This document shows, piece by piece, positions 1-10,166 of a DNA stretch of 42,419 nucleotides. The DNA comes from Nemertoderma westbladi (Eukaryota > Animalia > Xenacoelomorpha). Under the pieces are notes generated by a model, which did no database searches, was not told where the DNA came from, and saw only the letters and a program-made list of their open reading frames with translations. Positions within the stretch are counted from its first letter, which is position 1. Each line of letters begins with the position of its first letter. The DNA lies in the NCBI GenBank assembly GCA_032718475.1, contig JAUCBJ010005300.1, forward strand, positions 1 to 42,419, written 5' to 3'. The position numbers were made by a program, and so were the translations under genes.

Positions 1-639
1 AATATAGCTAGCTACCTATAATCAATAAGTATACATTATATAGGTAGTGTGAACGCGGCGTAACGCCGTGAAAAAACATTAAACTTCCAAACGCCCATAT
101 CTCAGCTATTTCCTAAATTAAATTTTTTTACATAGGCTATTTGGAATCCTTGCATGGTCTGCTTTCCATCAGAACCAACAAATCAATATAAGGTTGAAGA
201 ACTGAGATGGGACTGGTGCTGCAATATCGCCGGCGGTGACACTTTATTCAAATGCTTGTAGCTAAAGAATAAAATATACAAATTCAAATTTTCGCTCAGT
301 CACTATAAGGATGAGGGCGGTTACTGTAACTCTGCTTCATCATGCTATTCATTAAAATTTGTGTAAAAGTTAGGGGGGGGGGGGGGGGGGGTCGTATCAT
401 GTTTTTGAATACGACGAATACGACAATTATTACCATATATGGTAATGAATTGTGTACCGGTGGGCTTATAAGTTGCTGGCCATAACATTAATTTCACAAT
501 TATTAAGCACAATTAGTTATAAAGCCAATTTAAAGGGAAATATAAATGGAAATTAATACAAATACACAACCAATTCGATCAATATTAATAAACGACAAGC
601 TCGTATTAAGGTTTTGTAGGATCTTGCTACCGTAAATGT

Positions 640-1040
640 TATTTATTAAGGTTTTATTACAAAATGCGGCGCTAGCCTATCAACGAGACTCGGGATGGAT
701 GCAAGTCGATTTCATGGCCTAGGGTACAATCTCCTTCAACAACACGGTAGCAAATGGAAACTGGTAGCATGTAGGAGCCATTTCCTCTCGGATCCCAAGA
801 CGCGTTATGCTACCATTGAGCTGGAATGTATAGCTATGCCATAAATAATTGCCAAGTGCACCTCGCGGATCTACCGACGACCACCGACCACTACTGGCAA
901 TGTTTAACCAATACAACCTTGACCAAGTGGATAATAGAAAAATACAAAAAAATCAAAGCGGATCTGCAGTTTCAGATCTTCAGTTTGATGTTGAATGGTG
1001 GAAGGGGTGCAAAAACCGAATCTCAGACGCACTCAGCCAC
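640..1040 (+). pseudogene. pol: Ty3/Gypsy pol relic (RNase H region), frameshifted, cut by the LTR at 1041
   Basis: Manual translation gives DASRFHGLGYNLLQ..WKLVACRSHFLSDPKTRYATIELECIA, then (ORF 849-1082) DHRPLLAMFN..FDVEWWKGCKNRISDALS: Gypsy RNase H motifs DAS, YxxxELE, DHxPL, DALS. Confidence 0.85.
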
Positions 1041-1373
1041 TGTCGTAAAATTTATACTGTATGTATAACTTTAATTGTGTAAAAGTATACCATACTTATT
1101 CAGTTAGTCTGTAGTTGCTACCGTAATTGTGCACCGGAAGTTCCGGTACCTCTTCTGCTGTATGTATTTGTAACTTTTCTGCCGTTCAGTTGACAATGTC
1201 AGTCAATCTGCACGTGTGCTGTGCACTTCTTCAATGTTAATTACTACCTCTTACTATTTAAATGTAAGTTTTATATGACTATGAAGAGAATTAACATTTG
1301 CAATGCAACACAATGCAAAACATGGGGTTAACATTCCTCAAGACATTACCGTAAACGCCCCCAATCCTCGACA
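1041..1373 (+). repeat. 5' LTR of BEL/Pao element A
   Basis: Inverted termini TGTCG...CGACA, followed by TTT, a PBS and a BEL gag; no partner LTR found in the window. Confidence 0.75.
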
Positions 1374-1376
1374 TTT

Positions 1377-1394
1377 TGGTGCCTGGACCTGGAT
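1377..1394 (+). promoter_or_regulatory. Primer-binding site, tRNA-His-like
   Basis: TGGTGCCTGGACCTGGAT after a 3-nt spacer following the LTR; resembles the TGGTGCCGTGACC-type His PBS common in BEL/Pao. Confidence 0.65.
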
Positions 1395-1415
1395 AGTGAA
1401 AGCGTCACTAATTCG

Positions 1416-3076
1416 ATGTCGGATACGTGGGAATCGCTACATCAATGCTGAAAAGGCCACCGTGGCTTGGCGAGGCGACTGATTAACGAAATCAAGGAGC
1501 TTATCAGACCTGATGCTCAGGTACCGGTAGCTGTAGGCTTATCCAAAAGGTATATGCAATTATGTGCACAACGTGATAAATTAGGGAAACTTGACGAGGA
1601 AATAGAACTTCTAATCGATACCGATACCAAATCAGATTTGGAACGCGAGCTAGCCGTAGCCTCGGATTTTATGGGAGACATTTGCGACATCCTACAACGT
1701 GTGGAAGGTCGAATGCATGTCTCCTCATCCAACGTCAATTTCAACACGTCGACTGCAAATACAATGGGTTTTTTAGCCAATCATCGCATCGGTATGGAGT
1801 TCCACCAGAAACTTCCACAACTAAAACTTCCATTGTTTGATGGCACTGCGTTAGAATGGCCCAACTTTTGGGACCATTTTCAGAATTCAGTCCACAACCG
1901 ACCCGATTTATCTGGAGGAAATAAATTCGATTATTTAAAGGGCCAACTGAAGGGGGAAGCCTTGCAATTAATTTCGGAATTTCAACTAACCGATGAGGAT
2001 TACGAGGGAGTGATTGTGTTGCTAAAGGAAACATATGGTAAACCGCATCTGATTCTGCAGGCACATATGCATGCAATCTTTGATTTGGAGAAACCCGCTG
2101 CAACATCGACCGATTTGTCCTCATTTCGAGCAAAATACGAGGCTCATATAAGATGTATTCAGAATTTGAATAACGATATCGAACATTCCGGTTATGTATA
2201 CGCAGCAATAATCCTCAGACAACTACCAGCCATAGTTCGTAGTAACATTAATTGCGCATCTAAGGTAACTACATGGAATCTTCCGGAACTACGGGTAGCG
2301 TTACAAGAAGAAATCGAACAGTTGAAAGCACTCGAGAAGGAGGCCAAACTACCCACATTAAAATCGGGACAGAATGGATTGAAATCGAATGACAAAAGTA
2401 AACATTTTAAATCGTTTAACGATAATCAATCTAGTGATTATGGTATAACCAAACCCGAAGGAACTGTTGGTTCATTCGCCACCAGGTGAAACGTTTCCAG
2501 GTGGAATTGTTATTCATGTAAAGGTAAACATCCCGTTATTAATTGCGATAAATATATTACGGGTGAAAGTCGGAACCAACATTCTCACGAATTGGGTTTG
2601 TGTACAAATAGTCTCCGACCAAAGCATACAGCCTTACAATGTCGGAGTTCCGAACGATGCCGATTGTGCAATTGCCGTCTTCACACGGCATTACATTTTC
2701 ATAAAACTACGAATAACCCTAACCGATCCGATTCTACAGTCGCAACTATATTGGATCAATCCTCTGCAAACTGCAACGTTGATATTAGCGGATCTACATT
2801 GATGACCACTACGAGTCCTCAATTCGGTGGCAGTATAGTTCTTCCCACTGCTATCGTACCAATTATCTACGGTGATAATCGAGCGTACGAAGTTCGAGCG
2901 TTAATGGACCCCGGTTCACAGTGTACATTACTTACTCGTAAAGTTGCCAATGACCTACATTTAACTGTATGTGGTCGGTCACATAAACATGAGGTTGGAT
3001 GGAATTAACAAACTTGGTATCTATAAGGATTACGATATCGTAGAATTCGTTGTATCGACAGAAATTGGATTGAAAC
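1416..3076 (+). pseudogene. gag: BEL/Pao element A gag-protease (5' part) with premature stops
   Basis: ATG at 1416; in-frame TGA at 1449 and 2487; DUF1759-like LPQLKLPLFDG..WPNFWDHF..KFDYLKGQLKGEA; three knuckles (CYSCKGKHPVINC, degenerate CTNSLRPKHTALQC, CRLCNCRLHTALH); protease ALMDPGSQ. Confidence 0.9.
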
Positions 3077-4154
3077 TGTAAAAGCTTTTGTGGGATATAA
3101 CTGGCCCTTTTGCTTTGCAATCCAGTTTCCCCCCAGGCGCTGGAATACTCTAAAAGGCTCTCTAACTCGAATGATGCAAAGCGACCGGCTGATTGGCTGA
3201 TTTGTTATACGAGGGGCTCTTTGCTATGTTCTATCGGCCAACCAGAGCTATAGCAGCAGAGTATGCAACCAGGACAACCGAGCGGAGTGACTCATTTTGT
3301 GTGTTGGCCAAGGGTTGCAAAATTCCTGATAGTTCGGCATTTAGATATTCGTGGAACTTGTGGAATCTGGTGTTCTGCCAATGAGAGCTATTCCTCTCTG
3401 TGTAAAAGATACCTGCAACGGTGTTAGGGACAGTAGAGAGTTCTTGTGATACTGTTGTGTTGTTTCTATCTAGGCCAGGAACACCGGCTCTAGAGTCAAT
3501 TCGTTTCAGACTTTAGAAGAAACATTAGTAGGCTTAGATTATAGAGCGTATAACTGTTATCGGCACAGTCTAGTCTTAACGGCACATACATTGTCATATC
3601 ATATCTTAACCTACCGTCTTAATGCTTTTTACTGTTGTTTTTATTTTGTATCAGTTGGTTGAATATTATTTGGAGAACATCTATAAAGAACCCAAATTTC
3701 CCAATTTTCTTGATACACTACAGGTTAGAGAGACAGGTTACATATATCGATTGCGACTTATATTATTGTGGTTTGTAGTGAATTTAATGCTATTTGATAA
3801 GCACTACAGTCCCAATCCCAATAAACATTAACTTGGTCGTTTTGGCGGCCAAAATGACCAAAATCACCAAAAAAATGTAGTGTATTCCTATGGGCTACTT
3901 GGTCGTTTTGGCGAAGTGATTTAACTCGAATCAGCTCAATCCAGACAGTTTGTCTCCTTGGCCATCCATTTGGTGTATCTGACTAAATGTCAGCTCGCTT
4001 TCATTTTTATTATTGACAGATTGTTACCTTACCCGGCGCTGAGCCTTGCAGTACTGGAGTCCGCCCACTGAGGCATTAATAGAGTACACAGTCTTATAAA
4101 AGGAGTTGAATGGAGCTTCGTTAAAGGAGGAGTACAGTATGTATAATAATCTGA

Positions 4155-4350
4155 ACGTCCCGAAATTAATTTATGGATGTCCCGAAATTAATTTATGGTG
4201 GACGTCCCGAAATTAATTTATGGACGTCCCGAAATTAATTTATGGACGTCCCGAAATTAATTTATGGACGTCCCGAAATTAACTTATGGAAGTCCCGAAT
4301 TTAACTTATGGATGTCCCGAAATTAATTTATGGACGTCCCGAAATTAATC
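4155..4350. repeat. 22-bp tandem array GTCCCGAAATTAATTTATGGAC (~9 copies), with an inverted copy near 4391-4417
   Basis: Direct reading of the units. Confidence 0.9.
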
Positions 4351-4498
4351 TATCAACCAATCAGAATCGTAATGAAATAACTAATAACTTGGACGTCCAT
4401 AAATTAATTTCGGGATGTTAATTTCGGAAATTAATTTCAATAATATTTTTAAATTTTTTTAAATATTTTTTTACAATGTATAATTTGCGGACACTGCG

Positions 4499-4952
4499 GG
4501 GTGACTACAAAACAAAGACCCAATTATAAAGACCTGCATAATCTTATTACATGTGTTAACTTTCGTTAATTGTTTTCAATACCCCGTTACGCCTCTGTAA
4601 CTTGCTCCTTTACTAACCTGCTCCTTTAAATAGCAATAGTACATAACGCTCATTGTGACCTGTACAAAACAAAGAGGTAAAGTCGCGTTACGTCCCAAAG
4701 AGCGTAAGGTTCCAAAGAGCTTTAGGTCCCATTGCCAGAGAGCGTGAGGTCACACTGCCATTTAAAGGAGCAGGTTAGTAAAGAAGCAGGTTACAGAGAC
4801 GTGTTGGGGAACCAAAACAATAAACGAAAGTTAACACATGTGTTTTGTATTTGTACAGTTATTATATTTTAAAGTTAACACATGTGTTTTGTATTTGTAC
4901 AGTTATTGTATTGTTATTATTTGGGTCGTTGGTCTTTGTTTTGTAGTCACCC
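4499..4952. mobile_element. MULE/Mutator-like MITE
   Basis: TIR GGGTGACTACAAAACAAAGACC plus long imperfect inverted arms; exact 9-bp TSD GACACTGCG at 4490-4498 and 4953-4961. Confidence 0.88.
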
Positions 4953-6033
4953 GACACTGCGGTGTTGCGTGGGAGCCACCAATCCACCCACCCACACTCA
5001 CTCCCAACTTCCTGGACACTAGGATACTGAGTGAAAGCGTCTGAAACTACTACAGGAACTCCATGACAGACTATGGGCTAGCGACTAGGGACTGGCGCCC
5101 TTGAACATGTAAACTGTAGTACCTACTGTACCATGTACCACCTACCTTAAAAAGTGACCTGTGGGACCAGCCCATTATTAGTGAGGTCGGCATTTCTCTT
5201 TATCCTGCCGCTCTCTTTGTATTACAATAGCATACAGCTAACCAATGGCAATGGTCTCGAAATCCGGAAATCGAAGCCTTTTTCTATCTGCCAACATCCT
5301 GGGCTTTACTTATACTCAGCCTCTATTCACTGGCTGTGATTGACAAGCCAACTTGCCTCAGAAGTTCCTTTCATGAAGGCCGCAATTTATATTTGGCCAT
5401 TTTGGTCGTTTTGGCCGCCAAAATGACCAAGTTAATGTTTATTGGGATTGGGACTGTACATGAGTCAATTGCTGTTCTCTTTATATATGATAAAATTCAT
5501 TGACAGTCGGCAAATTAGTGTGCAGTATTGTGCGTTAACGGTAGTGTGCATGATTGTGACTGATAACTAAGCATTTCCTAAAGAATGCGCCTCATACGTG
5601 AATCATAAGCCTTACCGACTTACCGTTGTGTTTAGTATAAGTCATATCTCTGTTTACCTAGATAGAGCGCCACGTCCTAAAGGAACTGTTAATATTTCCC
5701 GAAAGTGAATAATATTAGTCAGAAATTATTTATTAACGATCAATCGAATAATACAGTAAGCTTACACTGCAATAACAATCTAAGCCCTCCGAATCCAGTC
5801 TCCCGGGTATATCCAGCGGGTGAATGGACGCGCACTAGGCTGGCTTCGGCTAATGTTGTGTTTATTGGTATTAAATACTTGTCATTTTCTAAAGTCTATT
5901 TATAAACCAAAAGACGTCATATAAATTTTGGCAGGTTAAACTGCTAAAGGTCTTCAAAAGCGCGTACAATAACAGTTATTGTCTTTATTGCAGTAAGCAA
6001 TAAAGTTGAAAGTACCGGTCGACCGGTAAACCT

Positions 6034-6234
6034 GAACCGGTACTGCTGTAGGTCCGTAGGCCCAACTGCCAGAATCGGTACTGCTGTAGGTCCGTAGGCC
6101 CAACTGCCAGAATCGGTACTGCTGTAGGTCGGTAGGCTTAACTGCCAGAATCGGTACTGCTGTAGGTCGGTAGGCTTAACTGCCTGAACCGGTACTGCTG
6201 TAGGTCTGTAGGCCCAACTGTCCTAACCGGTACT
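6034..6234 (+). repeat. 38-bp tandem repeat (5 full copies plus a partial) in the element B leader
   Basis: Unit GAA(C/T)CGGTACTGCTGTAGGTC(C/G/T)GTAGGC(C/T)(C/T)AACTGCCA starting at 6034, 6072, 6110, 6148, 6186. Confidence 0.92.
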
Positions 6235-6399
6235 TCCAGTATAAGTACATTAGTATTATTCGATTTTGATTATTGTATACCGGTAGGTCTTAATACTTAA
6301 TCAGGGAACGGCCGCCCTGGTTTTTTATTGAGATTTTACTTATTTCTGTCGGTTTTATTTACATGTAAGTTAATATTGAGCTGAAGACGTGTAAGTCTG

Positions 6400-6990
6400 C
6401 TCAGATTGTTCAGATAATTGTAGGCTGGACTGTTGTCTGACTGTTGTTGAGTCTGGAGAGATTGTGGCGTGTGTGGAGTTTGTCCAATAAAGTGCCAGTT
6501 AGTAAGTTGGGGCAGCCAGAGCTGTAAGGTCAATCCCCTCTTAAAGAATAAGTCGTACTACCGTGTTAGAACGCATACTAACTAACCATTTTGGAATCTG
6601 CACATACTGTAGTTTATTTAGGCTTGATAGTAGTCTGCCAGCGTTTTTAGTCTGTGTTTGTTTGTGTGGTCTGTTCAGGTACCGTAATAGTTATTACTCA
6701 GATATTTTGTAGGCTGGATTGTTGTCTAGCTATTATTAGGTCTGAAGAGATTGCTGCGTGTGTAGAGTTTGTCTGATAAAGTGCCAGTTAGTAAGTTGGG
6801 GCAGCCAGAGCTGTAAGGTCAATCCCCTCTTAAAGAATAAGTCGTACTACCGTGTTAGAACGCATACTAACTAACCATTTCGGAATCTGCACATACTGTA
6901 GTTTATTTAGGCTTGGTGGTAGTCTGCCAGCGTTTGGTTTGTATTTTGTTTGAGTATTCTGTATGGGTAGCGTAATATTTATTATTCAGA
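6400..6990 (+). repeat. ~289-bp tandem duplication in the element B leader
   Basis: Near-identical core AGTGCCAGTTAGTAAGTTGGGGCAGCC... at 6491 and 6780. Confidence 0.88.
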
Positions 6991-7924
6991 GTTTATGCGA
7001 TTATTCGCAACATTCATGTCCCCAAGTTTATTCCTACAGTAATTGTGCTTGTTACACATACCGTTATAGTTAAATTAACCCCGGTACTACACGGGCTGCT
7101 TGGCGTAGGTAAAGACTGGTGATTTTGTGCTCCGGTCACTCCAGCAGATGCCGTGGTTCTTTTAACTGTTCAAGTATATTTAACTGCTGGTTATCTGTTT
7201 TTAATAAGTACTTGTACCTAATTTAGGGTTTGGTGTACAGTGCCTTCCGAAAGTAATTGGTGTGTAGGCAGTGTATTGTGTTGTAAAGTGGTTAATAGGC
7301 ACGTTGGATCTGGTAGTCCGCGGTAATTAACTTCCAGGTAGGAACACTCCGTGATACATAACGTAGTACCTATAGCGATACGGCTATAGGTCGTCAGACG
7401 GTGGTATTTTTCCTATCTGGACAGCGCAACATATTTACTACTACTTATTATTTTCAAATACCGTAGTACCCTGTCCGTTGTAATAACCAGAATTCTAACC
7501 CTTTGTTAGGCTGGTTCGTAGACTTCCTGTAAAATTACCCTAAAAATTTCGTACGTAATATTTTGTTGTGTTTAATTAGAGATTTAATCTCACCCGTATC
7601 GTAAGTAATTTGTAGTATTAAGTAACTTAGGTAAATTAGAATTATCTGTTTTAGTGTCCTATAAGTAGCACTTCACTGAGAGCGCACAGCTTCTGTGTAG
7701 TGACTTCCCCCAGAAATAATAACATTTATTTCAAATATTGACAAAACCCATCTTAAACGGGTATATAAATATTATAAATCAACTCAAACGATTTATAAAT
7801 AGTAGGCCTGCCATACAACAACTAGGTCTCAATATCAGTTGGAATACTGCTTAAATAACGGTAATAAAGTAAGTTAAAGTAACTAGGTAACCTTTAAATT
7901 CAGAAATTCAATTATTTAAATAAT

Positions 7925-8200
7925 TGGTATACCGGTATTCACGATAGGCCTATTATCTTTATTTCTATAAATTTAGGCTGAAATTATACCGGTATTCTGT
8001 AATTAATTCTAGTCTAGAATTATACTTATATACTATAAGTGTAGGCTATATACCGGTATTCACGATAGGCCTATTTATATATTATATATACTTGTGTTAA
8101 AATTATATACCGGTACTCTGTGACAAACCTAGTTTACAATACTTCTGTATATTATAAGTGTATACCGGTATTCTAATATACTGTAATAAATTACCGGTAC
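7925..8200 (+). repeat. Degenerate ~120-bp duplication rich in TATACCGGTA
   Basis: TATACCGGTATTCACGATAGGCCTATT occurs twice; TACCGGTA occurs six times. Confidence 0.7.
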
Positions 8201-8279
8201 TAGGCCAACGGTCATACTGAATTACTAGACTTGCTTTAACTGTAACTATAGCAGTAAGTATTCAACTGTATAGCTAAAC

Positions 8280-10166
8280 ATGTCTGACACCCAGCAAAAC
8301 CTGTCAGACAGTCTAATCGATACAACCATCTGTGACACAGATAGGAGTGTGGAGCGATTAAGAAAGGAGTTCAGCTCACCTCCTACTGAAAGAAAGGTCA
8401 TCCCTCCAGTAGTAGTATCAGACCCTAAGCTAATCCAACACCGTAGGTCTATCATCGGCACTCGGGCCCAGGTCAAACGGAACCAGGAAGCAGCTGTCCA
8501 ACAGCAGCAACAGCCTAGTCAAGAAACTCGTTCCCAGCGACCCGATAGCTCCAGTAGTTCGGATACTGTAGAGCTGACCCCCGAACGCGGAGTGCAGATG
8601 GCGGCTACAGCCTACTCGGATCCCCTTCTCACCCTTCCTGCCGCAGTGCTAACTACAATATTGATTGCGGTGGAGGAACATCAAGCCGATTGGGCGAGAA
8701 GTAAGCGAGCGACCCAAGATAGTTATGCGGGATATGCCAGGGAAGAATTGATGTCTATTGTCGAGTCACAATGGAACTTTCCCGGACCCGGACTCCCGTT
8801 AGATTTGTCCGAAGCTACTTGGGAAGATATACACAGGATGGGAGTGACTAAAGATACGATGGATCCCGCTGTTTGGAAGAGGTCGGCAGCAGGATATGTG
8901 CAGGGATTCTTCGGCTCCTTGGAGCGATTAGAAGAACAACTGTTTCGACAACCCCAAAGACCTCAAGAGCAGGAAGAGCTGCTATATCAAGTACGCGAAA
9001 AAACCCTACGCATTAGACTAATCCTATCAGCCTTTGAGGAAACTTCCAAAAGAAGACAGGACACGTCATTGCAGGTTGCTGTCAAGACTTGGTTCCAGCG
9101 GGTAGGTCTCAAAGTACAAGAAACGGCCCAGTGGAAATCCCAGCTGGCGGAGCGACCAACCTATGAAGAATCAACTGATGCCACCTTTTCTCAAGAGGAA
9201 AGCGAAGTGACCGCAGAGAGACCGCGAACGAGAGACGCCATAGACATCTATCTGTCAGACTATCAACGTTTCCTAGGTGATGAAGAATTGAGGAGACGAC
9301 TGGCTGGACTTCGCCCCATTAGTGAAGGAGCCAAGCTTGTATTGGACTCAATCGATGAGGAAATGTTAGCTGCAAACCAAGCTAAATTTGATGAAAAACT
9401 CCGCCCCGCTAGAGTCCAAGAAGAACAAGTAAAGAAAAAACGGATAGAGGACAGAAAGGCAGTAGCAGCGGCGAAAGCGGCAGCGGCAGTGGAAGAGGCA
9501 AAAGCGGCAGCGGCAGTGGAAGCGGCAAAGGCAGTAGCATCGGCGAAAGCGGCAGAGGCAGTAGCAGAAGCAAAAGCGGAAGCGGCAGTGGAAGCAGCCA
9601 AAGCAGCAGCAGCAATGGCATTGGCAGACGCAGAACAGAGAGCGTCTGAAGAGACCACACAACTGGAGTTGGAAAATCTTCAAGAGATGCAAGACTGCAT
9701 AAATAAACAGTTAACTGCTAGTCAAATGCAGATGAGGAGTCGATCTACTCCCAAGCGCCAAGGATACACATCATCGGAGGAAGGCGAGACCACCGATCCT
9801 GAAGGCGGAGGAAATAGATCTCGTCTAGGCAGGCGTAGAAAAACATCTCACCGTCACAAATTGCCTGATTTGCCCCCAGCGGTTAGAAGACAACTAGCTA
9901 GCACAGACTTAGGTAGTACAGAACCCACAGAACAAATTATTCAGGTCAAAGGACTCCCTACAATAGTTGATGTGCCTGAAATAATTGGGCCTGTCGTTCC
10001 CAAAGCCACTCCTGTGCTAGAGACCCCTGCACTTCCAGAGCTTAACTCTAAATTTCCTTTACACAGTACTACACTGCCTGTACCCGGTAGAACAGTCCAT
10101 GAGAATATCCCTGTCCTGGAAGCTGAGAGAGAAATCAAAGATTTGTCTCCCGTCAGCCCGCTATAA
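8280..10166 (+). CDS. Element B upstream ORF (628 aa), helical/coiled-coil protein with Ala/Glu/Lys repeats; function unknown
   Basis: Uninterrupted ATG-TAA ORF; AKAAAAVE(E/A) repeats; no recognisable gag core; stop overlaps the next ATG (TAATG). Confidence 0.75.
   Translation: MSDTQQNLSDSLIDTTICDTDRSVERLRKEFSSPPTERKVIPPVVVSDPKLIQHRRSIIGTRAQVKRNQEAAVQQQQQPSQETRSQRPDSSSSSDTVELTPERGVQMAATAYSDPLLTLPAAVLTTILIAVEEHQADWARSKRATQDSYAGYAREELMSIVESQWNFPGPGLPLDLSEATWEDIHRMGVTKDTMDPAVWKRSAAGYVQGFFGSLERLEEQLFRQPQRPQEQEELLYQVREKTLRIRLILSAFEETSKRRQDTSLQVAVKTWFQRVGLKVQETAQWKSQLAERPTYEESTDATFSQEESEVTAERPRTRDAIDIYLSDYQRFLGDEELRRRLAGLRPISEGAKLVLDSIDEEMLAANQAKFDEKLRPARVQEEQVKKKRIEDRKAVAAAKAAAAVEEAKAAAAVEAAKAVASAKAAEAVAEAKAEAAVEAAKAAAAMALADAEQRASEETTQLELENLQEMQDCINKQLTASQMQMRSRSTPKRQGYTSSEEGETTDPEGGGNRSRLGRRRKTSHRHKLPDLPPAVRRQLASTDLGSTEPTEQIIQVKGLPTIVDVPEIIGPVVPKATPVLETPALPELNSKFPLHSTTLPVPGRTVHENIPVLEAEREIKDLSPVSPL

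Larger units (their letters stand above)
3807..5456. mobile_element. Non-autonomous TIR element, Tc1/mariner-like (TA TSD)
   Basis: ~58-bp TIRs starting CAGTCCCAATCCCAATAAACATTAACTTGG (2 mismatches); TA at 3805-3806 and 5457-5458; the empty site CACTACATGAG is present in the 3' LTR. Confidence 0.92.
3077..5968 (+). repeat. 5' LTR of element B (interrupted by the TIR element at 3807-5456)
   Basis: 3077-3806 and 5459-5968 match the 3' LTR with about seven differences seen by eye. Confidence 0.95.

Noticed and set aside
1-600. MITE-like fragments here and at 34000-34680 and 38785-39000
   Set aside because: They resemble DNA-transposon internal sequence, but no paired TIRs or TSDs could be established
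3193-3384. Identical short ORFs duplicated at 19804 (and 5705/20662)
   Set aside because: Identity simply reflects the two LTR copies; no coding signal
4155-4350. 22-bp array (also the 38-bp, 30-bp and 32267-32430 arrays) as CRISPR
   Set aside because: Head-to-tail repeats with no unique spacers, no cas genes, eukaryotic TE context
9263-9692. Antisense Ala-, Cys- and Leu/Pro-rich ORFs (also 40583-41152)
   Set aside because: Shadows of low-complexity sense-strand repeats
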